NCBI RefSeq assembly: GCF_000253055.1
Contig: NC_016070.1
Coordinates: forward strand, 1,650,001-1,682,000
Direction: 5' to 3'
Length of the DNA: 32,000 bases
Source of the DNA: Thermoproteus tenax Kra 1
GTDB lineage: Archaea > Thermoproteota > Thermoprotei > Thermoproteales > Thermoproteaceae
Position 1 is the first letter of the stretch, and each line of letters opens with the position of its first letter. The notes below the pieces were generated by a model, which was given only the letters and a program-made list of their open reading frames with translations, made no database searches and was not told the origin of the DNA. A program made the translations under genes and the position numbers. Shown in pieces: positions 17,867 to 27,673 of the stretch.

Positions 17867-19087
17867 ATGGGAGCCTTAACCATAGCATCCAAGTATATGA
17901 TAGTGGCGCAGATAGAGGTCAACGGAACTGTGGATAAATCGGATATAATAGGCGCTCTATTCTCGCAGACTGAAGGATTATTAAGGAAGGACATGGACTT
18001 AAGAGAGCTTCGAATAATGGGGAGGATCGGCAGAATCGACATCGATATAATAAGCAAGGACGGGAAGACTAAGGCCAAGATAAACATTCCGTCCAACTTA
18101 GACCGCTATGAAACGGCGTTGGTGGCGGCACTTATAGAGAGCGTGGAGCGTGTCGGCCCCTATCCTGCCACAGTGAAGATACTTGAGATCAGAGATCTCA
18201 GAGAGGAAAAGAGGAACAAGATCGTCGAAAGAGCAAAGGAGCTCATAAAGCTGATCGAGGAGGAGATCTTGCCTGACACTAAAGAGATACTTGAGAGACT
18301 GAAGGAGGATGTAGCGAAGGCGGAGATAGTGGAGTACGGCCCCGAGAAGCTGCCGGCAGGGCCCGACGTGGACAAGTCTGACAGCATAATAATAGTGGAG
18401 GGACGCGCCGATGTAGTCAACTTAGTTAAACATGGCTACCGCAACGTGATTGCGATCGAGGGCATAAGCCAAGGAATTCCTCAGACCATCGTTGAGTTAA
18501 GCAAGAGGAAGACAGTGACGGCGTTCGTCGACGGCGATAAGGGAGGCGAGCTCGTTTTGAGGGACCTCTTGAAGGTGGCCCATGTCGACTATATAGCCCG
18601 TGCGCCTCCCGGCAAGGAGGTCGAGCAATTGACCGCCAAGGAGATAGCCAGAGCTCTGAGAAATAAGCTGACGGTGGAGGAGTATATGGCACAACAGAAG
18701 TCGCAGGAGCAACAAGCGCCGGCGGAGCCCGCGGCGGCGCCCGCCGTAGCCGTCCAACAACAGGTTTCGTCTGTATCCGAAATACCTGACTCTCTGAAGA
18801 CTAAAGTCGACGAGCTGTTGGGGACTCTCGAGACCGAGATCTATGACGACAAATGGTCTCTAATCAAGAGGGTCGCAGTAAGAGAGTTGCCCGACTTTTT
18901 GACCTCCACTGAGACTCAGCTCTACGCTATATTGATGGACGGCATTGTCACCCAGAGGATAGTTGATCTGGCGACTAAGAGGGGGGTTAGATACATAATA
19001 GCGGCCAGGATAGGGCCTATAACAAAGGTGCCGGAAGAAATGAGAATACTTTCCTTCGACGAGCTGAAGGGAGGCGCAAAGGCGTAA
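17867..19087 (+). CDS. dnaG: archaeal DnaG (TOPRIM-domain primase-like, exosome-associated)
   Basis: The N-terminus is KYMIVAQIEVNGTVDKSDIIGALFSQTEGLL, and the TOPRIM motifs IIIVEGRADV and VDGDKGGELV are present. The track ORF starts at 17822; I prefer the Met at 17867. Confidence 0.9.
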   Translation: MGALTIASKYMIVAQIEVNGTVDKSDIIGALFSQTEGLLRKDMDLRELRIMGRIGRIDIDIISKDGKTKAKINIPSNLDRYETALVAALIESVERVGPYPATVKILEIRDLREEKRNKIVERAKELIKLIEEEILPDTKEILERLKEDVAKAEIVEYGPEKLPAGPDVDKSDSIIIVEGRADVVNLVKHGYRNVIAIEGISQGIPQTIVELSKRKTVTAFVDGDKGGELVLRDLLKVAHVDYIARAPPGKEVEQLTAKEIARALRNKLTVEEYMAQQKSQEQQAPAEPAAAPAVAVQQQVSSVSEIPDSLKTKVDELLGTLETEIYDDKWSLIKRVAVRELPDFLTSTETQLYAILMDGIVTQRIVDLATKRGVRYIIAARIGPITKVPEEMRILSFDELKGGAKA

Positions 19088-19089
19088 TC

Positions 19090-21447
19090 CTAACTGAGAA
19101 AGTCGAGGAGGCTTTTGCCTCCACCTCTGCTGATAAAATCGCCCTCTCTTACTCCGACCACTCCGGCTATTCTCAGGGCTGCGGGAATTATCTGCTTCTC
19201 AATATAATAATCAATATCTATTTCCTTTAAATCATTTATTAATATATACGGTTTGGCTTTATATGTAATTTTATCACCACCTCTAATAATAACGTAACCT
19301 ATCGTCATTCCCTTGTGGACCCTAAATCCGCTTTTCTCCAACAACTTCGCTGCATACAAGTGGGGGGTCATCACCTTGTATTCGTTAAGGTCTTTATCAA
19401 GGGTTTTCCATATTATTAAATCATCTATATTAACTTTATATTCTTTTAAATTTTCAATAATAGTTTTAACATAGTTTATAACATTTGATTTAGCTTCTTT
19501 GATGTCTTGCGACTTTAGTATGTACTCTATTACGTTCAACTGCACTTCTTTAGCTAATTCGCACCAATCGCCTCTTACAACCTCGAACCCCACTATATCT
19601 ATTCTCCCATCGTCCAACAGACCGGCGTACCGCTTCTTAGATTCAGTAAATAAAATTTTTCTATATATTTTTTCTAATTTTATTTCTATTTCATATTTTT
19701 TATTAACATAATCTATTATTTTTTCAATAATAGGATTATTTTTAATGAATAAGCTATCTGTGTCGCCGTAGATGACGTCTAGTCCCAGAGCTCTTGCGTA
19801 CTTTATAACATCTAGGAGAATGCTCCTAGCATAGGCTGTGACAGACTCCGCCACCTCGCGTTTATACCACCTTGCTCCTATCCAGCCCATGTAGCCGTAC
19901 ATTGCGTTGGCCATGATCTTAAGGGCTCTCTGCCTCTCGTCCAACAGCTTATACTCGACGCTGTTGGGATCGATCCTCAACATGGCGCCTCTGACCTCCC
20001 TCCTCAGTTTAACCAGGGAGCTGAGCACTTGCGGTATAAACCCAGTTGGCGCCCTCCTGAACCTATGCCCCACCTCAGGCGCCACGTGGACTCCCTCAGG
20101 TGGGTCGGGCTCCCCCGGTTCTAAATATGTATCTGGCGACAAGTTGTACCTCATTATAATGCTCGGATACATAGATGTGAAATCCAGGACGGCCACATCA
20201 GAGTATATTCCAGGCCTCGGCTCCAAGACTATGGCGCCCTTGTATGGCTCATATGGCCTCTCCTCTCGGTTAGGCGCAACTTCGCCCGCACGATAAGCAT
20301 ACCTCATAAGCAACCACTCGACCCGTGCGCCGACGGAGGCCGCCGCGACTTGATCTAGGGGTATGCCCGACACCGACGAGAGTTGAATCAAGAAGGGCAA
20401 TAGCTTCTCGCCTAAGCCGTATGTGGACACGGCGTCCTCCAAGGAGTATCTGAGCAGAAGAGGTCTCCTCTTAGGATCGTCCCAATACTCATAGATCCTA
20501 TGGCCGGGAATAAGGACTCTTTCATCGCGGCGCATAACGCCGAAGTACTCAGCCGCTCTATCCAAAGTCTTCACCTTTATCTCGGGGACCTCCTCGATTA
20601 TATTGTAGAGATCTAAGTTGGCTCTGCCCAAGATAGACCAGTGGCCATACACGCTCTGCTGAGGTTGGCCTCCCATTCTGTCGATAGACAAGCTCAAGCC
20701 AAGCCTCCTAGCTCTTTCGGCTAAATAGGGCCAATCGAAGCCATTTGAGTTATAGCCCAGTATTATGTCTGGGTCAAAGCTCCTTATGTACTCCACGAAC
20801 TTGCGTATCAAAGGCCTATCATCTCTCCCGTCTGATGTGAGGACGCCCTCCCGGCCCTGCGAGTCTTTATATGATATTATTATAACCGGATCGCGCGATG
20901 GATCCGGCGTCCCTCTCTCGTTGTATACCTCTATATCGAAGGCCAAGACTCTTAGGTCGGGTAAAACGCCCGCCTTCTCCAGAATAGGAGTCGGCGGCCT
21001 CTTGACTAGATATTTCTTAAGAGAGCCCAGCCTCCCCTCCTCCGATACCTCAGCAACGTGCCACGCGGAGGGCACTACGCCTGTGTCAACCATATACCTC
21101 ATATAGAATCTTATATCTGCCTCGTAAACCCCTCTAACACCGCTGAGCGCAGATGCGGCATCCCTCAGCTTTCTCACATCCTCGGGTATCTTAGCGGTGA
21201 CCTTTGTGAGGGTTATGGACCTGCCGAAGAGCTTCCTTTCGACAACCTCTAGAGACTCTATGGGCGCTACGGCGGCCAAAGCCTGTCTCAGATTGTGGGG
21301 TCCCCCCTCAATGTAGAAATAAGGCCTGAAGGATCTATCGACTACAACGATCCTCTCTCCATTGCGATCTATGCCGAACATCCTAATTTCCGGGGCCCCT
21401 CCGACTACAGCATATGTTATATCTAGTAACCAGAAGGATATCTCCAC
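19090..21447 (-). CDS. polB: family B DNA polymerase
   Basis: Exo motifs are FDIEV, YNSNGFDWPYL and YSLEDA. Pol motifs are DFTSMYPSII, KIMANAMYGYMG and YGDTDS. 785 aa with a GTG start. No intein is evident. Confidence 0.95.
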   Translation of the reverse strand: MEISFWLLDITYAVVGGAPEIRMFGIDRNGERIVVVDRSFRPYFYIEGGPHNLRQALAAVAPIESLEVVERKLFGRSITLTKVTAKIPEDVRKLRDAASALSGVRGVYEADIRFYMRYMVDTGVVPSAWHVAEVSEEGRLGSLKKYLVKRPPTPILEKAGVLPDLRVLAFDIEVYNERGTPDPSRDPVIIISYKDSQGREGVLTSDGRDDRPLIRKFVEYIRSFDPDIILGYNSNGFDWPYLAERARRLGLSLSIDRMGGQPQQSVYGHWSILGRANLDLYNIIEEVPEIKVKTLDRAAEYFGVMRRDERVLIPGHRIYEYWDDPKRRPLLLRYSLEDAVSTYGLGEKLLPFLIQLSSVSGIPLDQVAAASVGARVEWLLMRYAYRAGEVAPNREERPYEPYKGAIVLEPRPGIYSDVAVLDFTSMYPSIIMRYNLSPDTYLEPGEPDPPEGVHVAPEVGHRFRRAPTGFIPQVLSSLVKLRREVRGAMLRIDPNSVEYKLLDERQRALKIMANAMYGYMGWIGARWYKREVAESVTAYARSILLDVIKYARALGLDVIYGDTDSLFIKNNPIIEKIIDYVNKKYEIEIKLEKIYRKILFTESKKRYAGLLDDGRIDIVGFEVVRGDWCELAKEVQLNVIEYILKSQDIKEAKSNVINYVKTIIENLKEYKVNIDDLIIWKTLDKDLNEYKVMTPHLYAAKLLEKSGFRVHKGMTIGYVIIRGGDKITYKAKPYILINDLKEIDIDYYIEKQIIPAALRIAGVVGVREGDFISRGGGKSLLDFLS

Positions 21448-21464
21448 ACATACCTCTACGCTGT

Positions 21465-21478
21465 GTTTAAAAACTTAT
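21465..21478 (-). promoter_or_regulatory. TATA-like box upstream of polB
   Basis: On the minus strand this reads ATAAGTTTTTAAAC, 18-31 bp upstream of the GTG at 21447. Confidence 0.35.
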
Positions 21479-21600
21479 ATCTAGGAAGAAGGATTACACT
21501 TAGGCTCACACTATCTTATAGATTTAATGTAATTAAATATATTTTAACCTTGAAGTTTACTTAGAATACCTATACTACACAATTGAATGAATTATCAATG

Positions 21601-21759
21601 TTACGAGGCCCAATTGTATTTCCTTAAACGCTTGGATCTGCCCCAACCACAACTGGCACAGTAGCCCTTCGCCACATTGTACGAATGGCGCCCACACCTT
21701 GGACACCTTATGTGCGTCTTTCCTCTGCTGTGCTTGCCCATTGAAGGAGTGCCCTTCAT
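21601..21759 (-). CDS. rpl37e: 50S ribosomal protein L37e
   Basis: Absent from the ORF track because it is only 52 aa. My translation is [52 protein letters not shown], with the CxxC...CxxC zinc ribbon of L37e. Its ATG overlaps the Sm1 stop (ATGA). Track ORF 21575..21772 is an out-of-frame shadow. Confidence 0.9.
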   Translation of the reverse strand: MKGTPSMGKHSRGKTHIRCPRCGRHSYNVAKGYCASCGWGRSKRLRKYNWAS

Positions 21760-21995
21760 GTTGGCGACACAAACAACACGTTCTCCCCTCTAACGACCAT
21801 GGTTCCCCTCTTGAATATATTGTTGTCCACTACCTCCTCAGCATCCTCGAGGAGCAGATTTACATGTTGATCGAAGGATTTCAGAATGCCTCTAATCTCA
21901 TAGCCGTCTCTAAGCTTTACTAACACCCTCTTGCCTATGGAATCTTGAAGAGTTGCGCCCAAGGTGGCTAAACACTTTGACATATCACTCGACAT
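21756..21995 (-). CDS. Sm-like archaeal protein (SmAP1 / LSm)
   Basis: The Sm1/Sm2 motifs are present: [31 protein letters not shown]...[13 protein letters not shown]. The Sm1-L37e gene pair is a known conserved archaeal arrangement. Confidence 0.9.
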   Translation of the reverse strand: MSSDMSKCLATLGATLQDSIGKRVLVKLRDGYEIRGILKSFDQHVNLLLEDAEEVVDNNIFKRGTMVVRGENVLFVSPT

Positions 21996-22013
21996 GGCGA
22001 CCGCCCTCCCTCA

Positions 22014-22024
22014 GATATTTAAAG
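22014..22024 (-). promoter_or_regulatory. TATA-like box upstream of the Sm1-L37e operon
   Basis: On the minus strand this reads CTTTAAATATC, about 19-29 bp upstream of the ATG at 21995. Confidence 0.35.
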
Positions 22025-22280
22025 GTTGTTCCCGGCCCCATGCCGGGCTTTACAACTGGAAGTCTCGCCTCCTGGGGCAGGGGCGTGGCAACTCTATTCA
22101 TGGTCTAATGGCTTTCGTGAGGTCGCGCTGGATCCTCCGGGGACGCCGACCAACTCTCCATAGCGCTTAGTGATGAGCGTTGCCAAGATAACAGTTTGTA
22201 CGCAAGAGAGTCCCCCTCATACAGCGCTAAAAGCCTATTTATACAATCGACGTACTTACTGAGGCGCCCCCTCTGGGACC

Positions 22281-24188
22281 TCATAGCGCTCTTATGCGCT
22301 CGCCCACCTTGGGTATCACTGTGGTGACCTTATAGCGGATCTCTATAGATGTAGCTAGGCTGATCGTCTTAGAGGGCTCTCCGTGGATCAATACTATCTT
22401 CTTAGGTCTGGGTTCCAACGTCTCTATGTACTTCATAAGCTCCCTCCTATCGCTGTGTCCCGAAAAGCCAGGTATAGATAGCACGCCCATTTTCATAGAC
22501 ACCTTCACCTCACCCATGGACAAGCTCCTTACAATGAAGTCTCTTTCCCCGTTTAATATGCGCCTCCCCAGGGTGTTTTCGGCTTGGTATGATACAAAGA
22601 TCAGCTTATTGGCTGGATCTGGGGCCAAGTGGACGAAATACTCCAGGATGGGTCCTCCGTTCAACATTCCGTGAGGCGCAATTATCACGCCGGGTTGTCC
22701 GTCTTGCACGATCTTCGCCACTTGGTTGATCCTGTCCTCAAGCCTCTTAGCTCTTTCAATTATTTGGATGTTCCCTGACGAGGTAAAGGGATTGATTCCG
22801 TTATAGATCTCCTCGGCGACCTCTCTGTTGAGGAAGTGTGGGTACATTAAATATGCGTTAAGGGTCTCCACGATCATTCCATCCACATATATGGGAGCCT
22901 TCTTCAGAGAGCCCTTGTTCATTTCTCTGTTTAGTATATACAGTATCTCCTGTGCTCTGCCTGTGCTGAAGGCCGGTATTAAGACCTTGCCGCCTCTTTC
23001 TATAGTCTCAGTTATGTTCTTTACTAAGGTGTTCTCTGCCTCAATTCTGGGGGGCTGCACATCGTCGCGGCCGCCGTAGGTTGACTCCATTATCAACATT
23101 TCAACTCTCTTGAACTTATTGACCGCTCTGTTTAGGAGATTAGTTCTACCGAACTTGAAATCGCCTGTGTATAGTATGTTGTAGCGCCCATTGCCTATGT
23201 GTAGATGTATCAACGCCGAACCTATCTCGTGACCTGCGTCGTAGAACGTGAGCTTCACGTCGGGGGCTATGTCGGTCACTTCCTCGTAGTCCAGCGTTAT
23301 AGTGTGATACATAAGGGCCTCGATATCGCTTTTAGTGTAAGGCGGCGTCAGCCCCTCACGCTCCTTAAGCTCCACGTAGTCCGTCAGAAGGATGTACGTC
23401 AGATATTTTGTGGGATCCGTCATATAAACTGGTCCCTTGTAGCCATACTTGTAGAGATAGGGCAGACACCCCACGTGATCCATATGCGCGTGAGACAACA
23501 CGACTGCGTCCAGCTCGTCTAAGTCTACCTGCTCGAGAAGCGGGAACTCCTCCTCATATTGAGATGGCTTGAGGCCGCAGTCCAGTAATATCTTGCTCTC
23601 CGTCGTGTCGACGAGTATAGCGCTTCTCCCCACCTCCATCGACGCTCCGAGGAAGGATATGGTTATAGCGCCTTCCCTCACTATAGGCTCGTGGTGTATC
23701 CTCATGCCGAGCTCCCTCATCATGGACATCCTTCTCTCGAAGGCCTTGTGGAATATGGCCCTCACGTCGAGGACATCCTTGGAGGGCAATTTCATCATCT
23801 TGGGCACTCCCATCTCCACAATCGCGCGCCATCCCGTGGAGGTGAATATATCTCTCGCCAACCTCTTGAAGTCTCTCTCAGGTATGGCCTTTGAGAGATA
23901 GATATAGACGTCGCCTACATCTTCAAACTCTACACTCTCTACCAGATCCCCCGCCAAGGACAGAATGGCCTTTTCAGCCTCCCTCTTGGGCAGACGCGCG
24001 GAGGGGTCGCTTCTTACAATTATCCTTTTCTTCAACGTCCTAGCAACCTCGGCGACTTCCTCAGGACTTAAATTGGCGGGGTTTCTAATATAGACACAGA
24101 TAGAAGGCCCCTCGATCTCCACCTTGGATACCTCTACGCTCGATAGAAGCTCCTTGATCTTTGATTCAAGATCAAGAGAAACGGCCAC
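22281..24188 (-). CDS. aCPSF1 / FttA-type KH-domain beta-CASP metallo-beta-lactamase ribonuclease
   Basis: An N-terminal KH-like region is followed by HAHMDHVG (HxHxDH), and beta-CASP motifs sit further downstream. 635 aa with a GTG start. Its position next to psmB is a common archaeal arrangement. Confidence 0.92.
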   Translation of the reverse strand: MAVSLDLESKIKELLSSVEVSKVEIEGPSICVYIRNPANLSPEEVAEVARTLKKRIIVRSDPSARLPKREAEKAILSLAGDLVESVEFEDVGDVYIYLSKAIPERDFKRLARDIFTSTGWRAIVEMGVPKMMKLPSKDVLDVRAIFHKAFERRMSMMRELGMRIHHEPIVREGAITISFLGASMEVGRSAILVDTTESKILLDCGLKPSQYEEEFPLLEQVDLDELDAVVLSHAHMDHVGCLPYLYKYGYKGPVYMTDPTKYLTYILLTDYVELKEREGLTPPYTKSDIEALMYHTITLDYEEVTDIAPDVKLTFYDAGHEIGSALIHLHIGNGRYNILYTGDFKFGRTNLLNRAVNKFKRVEMLIMESTYGGRDDVQPPRIEAENTLVKNITETIERGGKVLIPAFSTGRAQEILYILNREMNKGSLKKAPIYVDGMIVETLNAYLMYPHFLNREVAEEIYNGINPFTSSGNIQIIERAKRLEDRINQVAKIVQDGQPGVIIAPHGMLNGGPILEYFVHLAPDPANKLIFVSYQAENTLGRRILNGERDFIVRSLSMGEVKVSMKMGVLSIPGFSGHSDRRELMKYIETLEPRPKKIVLIHGEPSKTISLATSIEIRYKVTTVIPKVGERIRAL

Positions 24189-24220
24189 AGGGTAGAGCTC
24201 TCCCGGTCTTATATATTTGG

Positions 24221-24820
24221 CTATTCGGCGACCAAGACCCTCTGTCTTGCCGTAAGCACACGTCTGAAGCCCTCCTTGGTTATCACTACTATATCTATGC
24301 CCTCGCCCGAGCCAGGGTCGTTCCTCATGGCAGCCTTCACCGCATTCTCGGCAACCTTAATCGCTTCATCTATGGAGATATCGTCTCTGTAGTTAACCTC
24401 GAGGACGCCCATGGCGTAGGGCGAGCCGCTACCGGTGGCTATATACCGCTCGGAGCTGTAGCTCCCCAACCAGTCCAACATGTAGAGCTGCGGCCCCTCG
24501 TCGTCGTATCCTCCTATTATAGAGTGAACCAGATAGATGAAGGGTCTCGAGTAAAACAACACTAGTGAGGCGTAGTTGACCAACGTCTTTATTGGGATCG
24601 GTCTCCCATGTTCAGATCTATATTCTCTCGCCTGTATTGACAAGATGTTGAGCAATCCCTGAAGGTCGGCGACGCCGCCGCTCATGGTGGCGGCTACATG
24701 TTCATCTATCTTCCAGATCTTCTCGCCACGCTTGTGAGCTATATAGTACCCCGCTGTGACTCTCTTATCGGCGGCTAAGACTACGCCGTCTCGCGCCTTT
24801 ATTCCTACAGTGGTGGTCAT
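24221..24820 (-). CDS. psmB: proteasome subunit beta
   Basis: The N-terminus MTTTVGIKARDGVVLAADKRVT carries the catalytic Thr directly after a minimal propeptide. Confidence 0.95.
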   Translation of the reverse strand: MTTTVGIKARDGVVLAADKRVTAGYYIAHKRGEKIWKIDEHVAATMSGGVADLQGLLNILSIQAREYRSEHGRPIPIKTLVNYASLVLFYSRPFIYLVHSIIGGYDDEGPQLYMLDWLGSYSSERYIATGSGSPYAMGVLEVNYRDDISIDEAIKVAENAVKAAMRNDPGSGEGIDIVVITKEGFRRVLTARQRVLVAE

Positions 24821-24843
24821 CGCAGTAAAGCTGAAAGAGCTTT

Positions 24844-25539
24844 TTATTTCTTAAGCTCTACCTCTTGCGAGAATACTATCTTCTTCAGATTCTCAAACCT
24901 GCCGCTTAAGTCGGAGGCTATCTGCAACAATATATTACCGATCTTTTCATAGAGCAACACTTCGGCGGGCAGTCTTACATTCAGCTCCGTTCCGTCTTGC
25001 GAAAACGACGCTGAGATTTTATCGGGCGCGATCCTTGGCATATACTGCTTCACTATGTATACTACCCTCTCCTCGCTTGTGTTAAGCCTCTTGACGATCT
25101 TACCTCTAACTATCAGCGTTTTATCCGCTAAGGGGTGGTTGAAGTCCAAGGTGACTCTGCCCCCCGATATTGAGATCACGCGAGCTCTGGCCCCCTCAAT
25201 CTCAACTATGTCGTCGACATGCGGTATTATGCCGTGCCTATGGAACTCCCTTATGGAGAGCACTTTGATCTTCGCGGGATCCCTTTGGCCGTACGCCTTC
25301 TCGGGCGGTATCTCCACCTCTACGTCTTTACCCTCGTCGGCGTTCAACAGCGCATTCTCCAAGGGCTCCCACAACTTGGTCTCGCCCAATATCACGAGGC
25401 GGGGCTCGTACACTTCCTCAGGCTTGTAGATGCCGGCCTCCTTGGCGACAGCTTCGTTGGTAGTCTCAATTACCTTGTTATCCTCTTTGACAGTAACAGT
25501 GTAGTCGAATAGGATATAGTCTCCCTTGTTGAGAGTCAT
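24844..25539 (-). CDS. FKBP-type peptidyl-prolyl cis-trans isomerase (long archaeal type with insert and C-terminal domain)
   Basis: [22 protein letters not shown]...[37 protein letters not shown] is an FKBP/SlyD-like pattern. 231 aa. Confidence 0.88.
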   Translation of the reverse strand: MTLNKGDYILFDYTVTVKEDNKVIETTNEAVAKEAGIYKPEEVYEPRLVILGETKLWEPLENALLNADEGKDVEVEIPPEKAYGQRDPAKIKVLSIREFHRHGIIPHVDDIVEIEGARARVISISGGRVTLDFNHPLADKTLIVRGKIVKRLNTSEERVVYIVKQYMPRIAPDKISASFSQDGTELNVRLPAEVLLYEKIGNILLQIASDLSGRFENLKKIVFSQEVELKK

Positions 25540-25763
25540 GGCGTAGCAATAGTGCTCTCCTCTTGTTTCTCCTTGGCCTTAGAAGCCTTCACCAACCTGG
25601 TTATATAGCCGGCAATTCTATTTCTTACTCTTTTGCTTCCGACATCGGCGAGCTCTGCCACTATTTTCTTGTTTTCGTCGAAGCTGTCTGTGAATTTATC
25701 TGGATAGGCCTCCAACAACTTAGCGGCAATGGACTTTACGTAACGAGGTTTAACTCTCCCCAT
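25536..25763 (-). CDS. rps17e: 30S ribosomal protein S17e
   Basis: [57 protein letters not shown] is present. I use the internal Met at 25763, which has a TATA-like TTTAAAAATA (25787-25796, minus strand) about 24-33 bp upstream. The stop overlaps the FKBP start (ATGA). Confidence 0.9.
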   Translation of the reverse strand: MGRVKPRYVKSIAAKLLEAYPDKFTDSFDENKKIVAELADVGSKRVRNRIAGYITRLVKASKAKEKQEESTIATP

Positions 25764-25975
25764 CAAAAGAGGCCACAACTTCAACCTTTAAAAATAGTTA
25801 TGCCCTATGATCTCGCCTGCGGGGACGCACTTATTGACATTACTGTTAATATCAAATGATATCTTAATTGTTATTAAGCAGAAAAAATAAATAAAATTAT
25901 TTTTAAAATAATGAAAAATTCTAATAGTAATAAATTACATGTTGGACAATTCAGCGACCGTTGCGTCAAGAAAAG

Positions 25976-25985
25976 TTTTTATATA
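25976..25985 (+). promoter_or_regulatory. BRE/TATA-like promoter of the thermosome gene
   Basis: AAAAG followed by TTTTTATATA lies about 21-30 bp upstream of the ATG at 26006. A roughly 130-bp AT-rich tract precedes it. Confidence 0.45.
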
Positions 25986-26005
25986 CGCGAAATTAGTAAA
26001 ACCTC

Positions 26006-27673
26006 ATGAGCTCCCAAACGGCGTATTTGACGCAGATAGGAGGAGTACCGGTCCTGATATTTAAGGAGGGAACGCAAAGAGCGTTCGGAAAAGAGGCGAT
26101 GAGACTCAATATTATGATAGCTAGGGCTGTGGCCGAGGTGCTCCGTACTACGCTTGGGCCTAAGGGGATGGACAAGATGTTGATCGACAGCCTAGGTGAT
26201 ATCACTATAACTAACGATGGAGCTACGATATTAGATGAGATGGACGTACAACATCCAATAGGCAAATTGTTGGTCGAGATCTCGAAGAGCCAGGAGGAGG
26301 AGGCCGGCGATGGAACGACCACGGCAGTTGTCTTGGCCGGCGCTTTGTTAGATGAGGCGGAGAAGCTGTTGGAAAAGAACATACACCCCACCGTAGTGGT
26401 GTCCGGCTATAAGAAGGCGCTGGACGTTGCGGTGGAGACGTTGAGGAAAGTCGCCGTGCCCGTTAACAGAACCGACTACGATATGTTGAAGAAGATAGCC
26501 ATGACAGCAATGGGAGGGAAGATATCGGAGACTGTCAAGGACTACTTCGCCGATCTGGCGGTCAAGGCTATATCGCAGATAGCCGAACAGAGAGGGGACA
26601 GATGGGTCGCCGATTTGGACAACGTCCAGTTGGTCAAGAAGCACGGCGGGAGCCTTCTTGACACTCAGCTTGTGTACGGCATAGTAGTGGACAAGGAGGT
26701 AGTGCACCCGGCTATGCCTAAGCGTATAGTCAATGCCAAGATCGCGTTGCTCGATGCACCATTGGAGGTCGAGAAGCCCGAGATAGACGCCGAGATTAGG
26801 ATCAACGACCCGACCCAAATGAGGGCCTTCTTAGAGGAGGAGGAGACTATACTGAAGGGCTACGTAGATAAACTGAAGGCGGCTGGCGTCAATGTAGTCT
26901 TCACAACTAAGGGCATAGACGATATCGCACAGTACTACCTAGCCAAGGCGGGCATAATGGCTGTCAGACGCGTCAAGAGGAGCGACATTGAGAAACTCGT
27001 GAGGGCCACCGGCGGAAGGCTTGTCACGAGCCTTGAAGATCTGACTGAGGCCGACTTGGGCTTCGCTGGTCTGGTGGAAGAGAGGCGTGTCGGAGATGAG
27101 AAGATGGTGTTCGTGGAGCAGTGCAAGAACCCCAAGGCCGTCTCAATATTGATACGCGGCGGGTTCGAAAGACTGGTCGACGAGGCCGAGCGCAACCTGG
27201 ACGATGCCCTGTCGGTTGTCGCCGATGTTGTCGAGGAGCCGTTCATACTGCCGGCCGGAGGCGCTCCGGAGATAGAGGCGGCAAAGGCCGTAAGAGCATT
27301 TGCAACTAAGGTGGGCGGTAGAGAGCAGTACGCAATAGAGGCCTTTGCTAACGCACTGGAGTCCATACCGAAGGCATTGGCTGAGAACGCAGGTCTTGAT
27401 GCAGTAGATATTCTGACGGAGCTAAGGCACAGGCACGAGCAGGCGGATGGTTGGAAGTATGGACTGGACGTGTACCAAGGCAAGGTCGTGGACATGGTGG
27501 GCCTAGGCCTGATAGAGCCCCTGGCGGTTAAGGTCAACGCGTTCAAAGTAGCCGTAGAGGCCGCATCTATGATACTAAGAATAGATGAGATAATTGCTGC
27601 CTCCAAGCTGGAGAAGGAGGAGAAGAAGGGAGAGAAGAAGGAGGGCGAGGAGAGCGAGACTAAATTTGATTGA
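26006..27673 (+). CDS. ths: thermosome subunit (group II chaperonin)
   Basis: LGPKGMDKML, ITNDGATIL and GDGTTTAVVLAG are present, followed by a lysine/glutamate-rich C-terminal tail. 555 aa. Confidence 0.96.
   Translation: MSSQTAYLTQIGGVPVLIFKEGTQRAFGKEAMRLNIMIARAVAEVLRTTLGPKGMDKMLIDSLGDITITNDGATILDEMDVQHPIGKLLVEISKSQEEEAGDGTTTAVVLAGALLDEAEKLLEKNIHPTVVVSGYKKALDVAVETLRKVAVPVNRTDYDMLKKIAMTAMGGKISETVKDYFADLAVKAISQIAEQRGDRWVADLDNVQLVKKHGGSLLDTQLVYGIVVDKEVVHPAMPKRIVNAKIALLDAPLEVEKPEIDAEIRINDPTQMRAFLEEEETILKGYVDKLKAAGVNVVFTTKGIDDIAQYYLAKAGIMAVRRVKRSDIEKLVRATGGRLVTSLEDLTEADLGFAGLVEERRVGDEKMVFVEQCKNPKAVSILIRGGFERLVDEAERNLDDALSVVADVVEEPFILPAGGAPEIEAAKAVRAFATKVGGREQYAIEAFANALESIPKALAENAGLDAVDILTELRHRHEQADGWKYGLDVYQGKVVDMVGLGLIEPLAVKVNAFKVAVEAASMILRIDEIIAASKLEKEEKKGEKKEGEESETKFD

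Noticed and set aside
21575-21772. Track ORF of 65 aa on the minus strand.
   Set aside because: It is an out-of-frame shadow of the genuine 52-aa L37e gene (21601..21759).
22060-22160. Possible tRNA, perhaps intron-containing, suggested by ...GGGGACGCCGACCA.
   Set aside because: I could not find a T-loop (GTTCRAATC-like), a D-arm or a complementary 5' acceptor strand on either strand.
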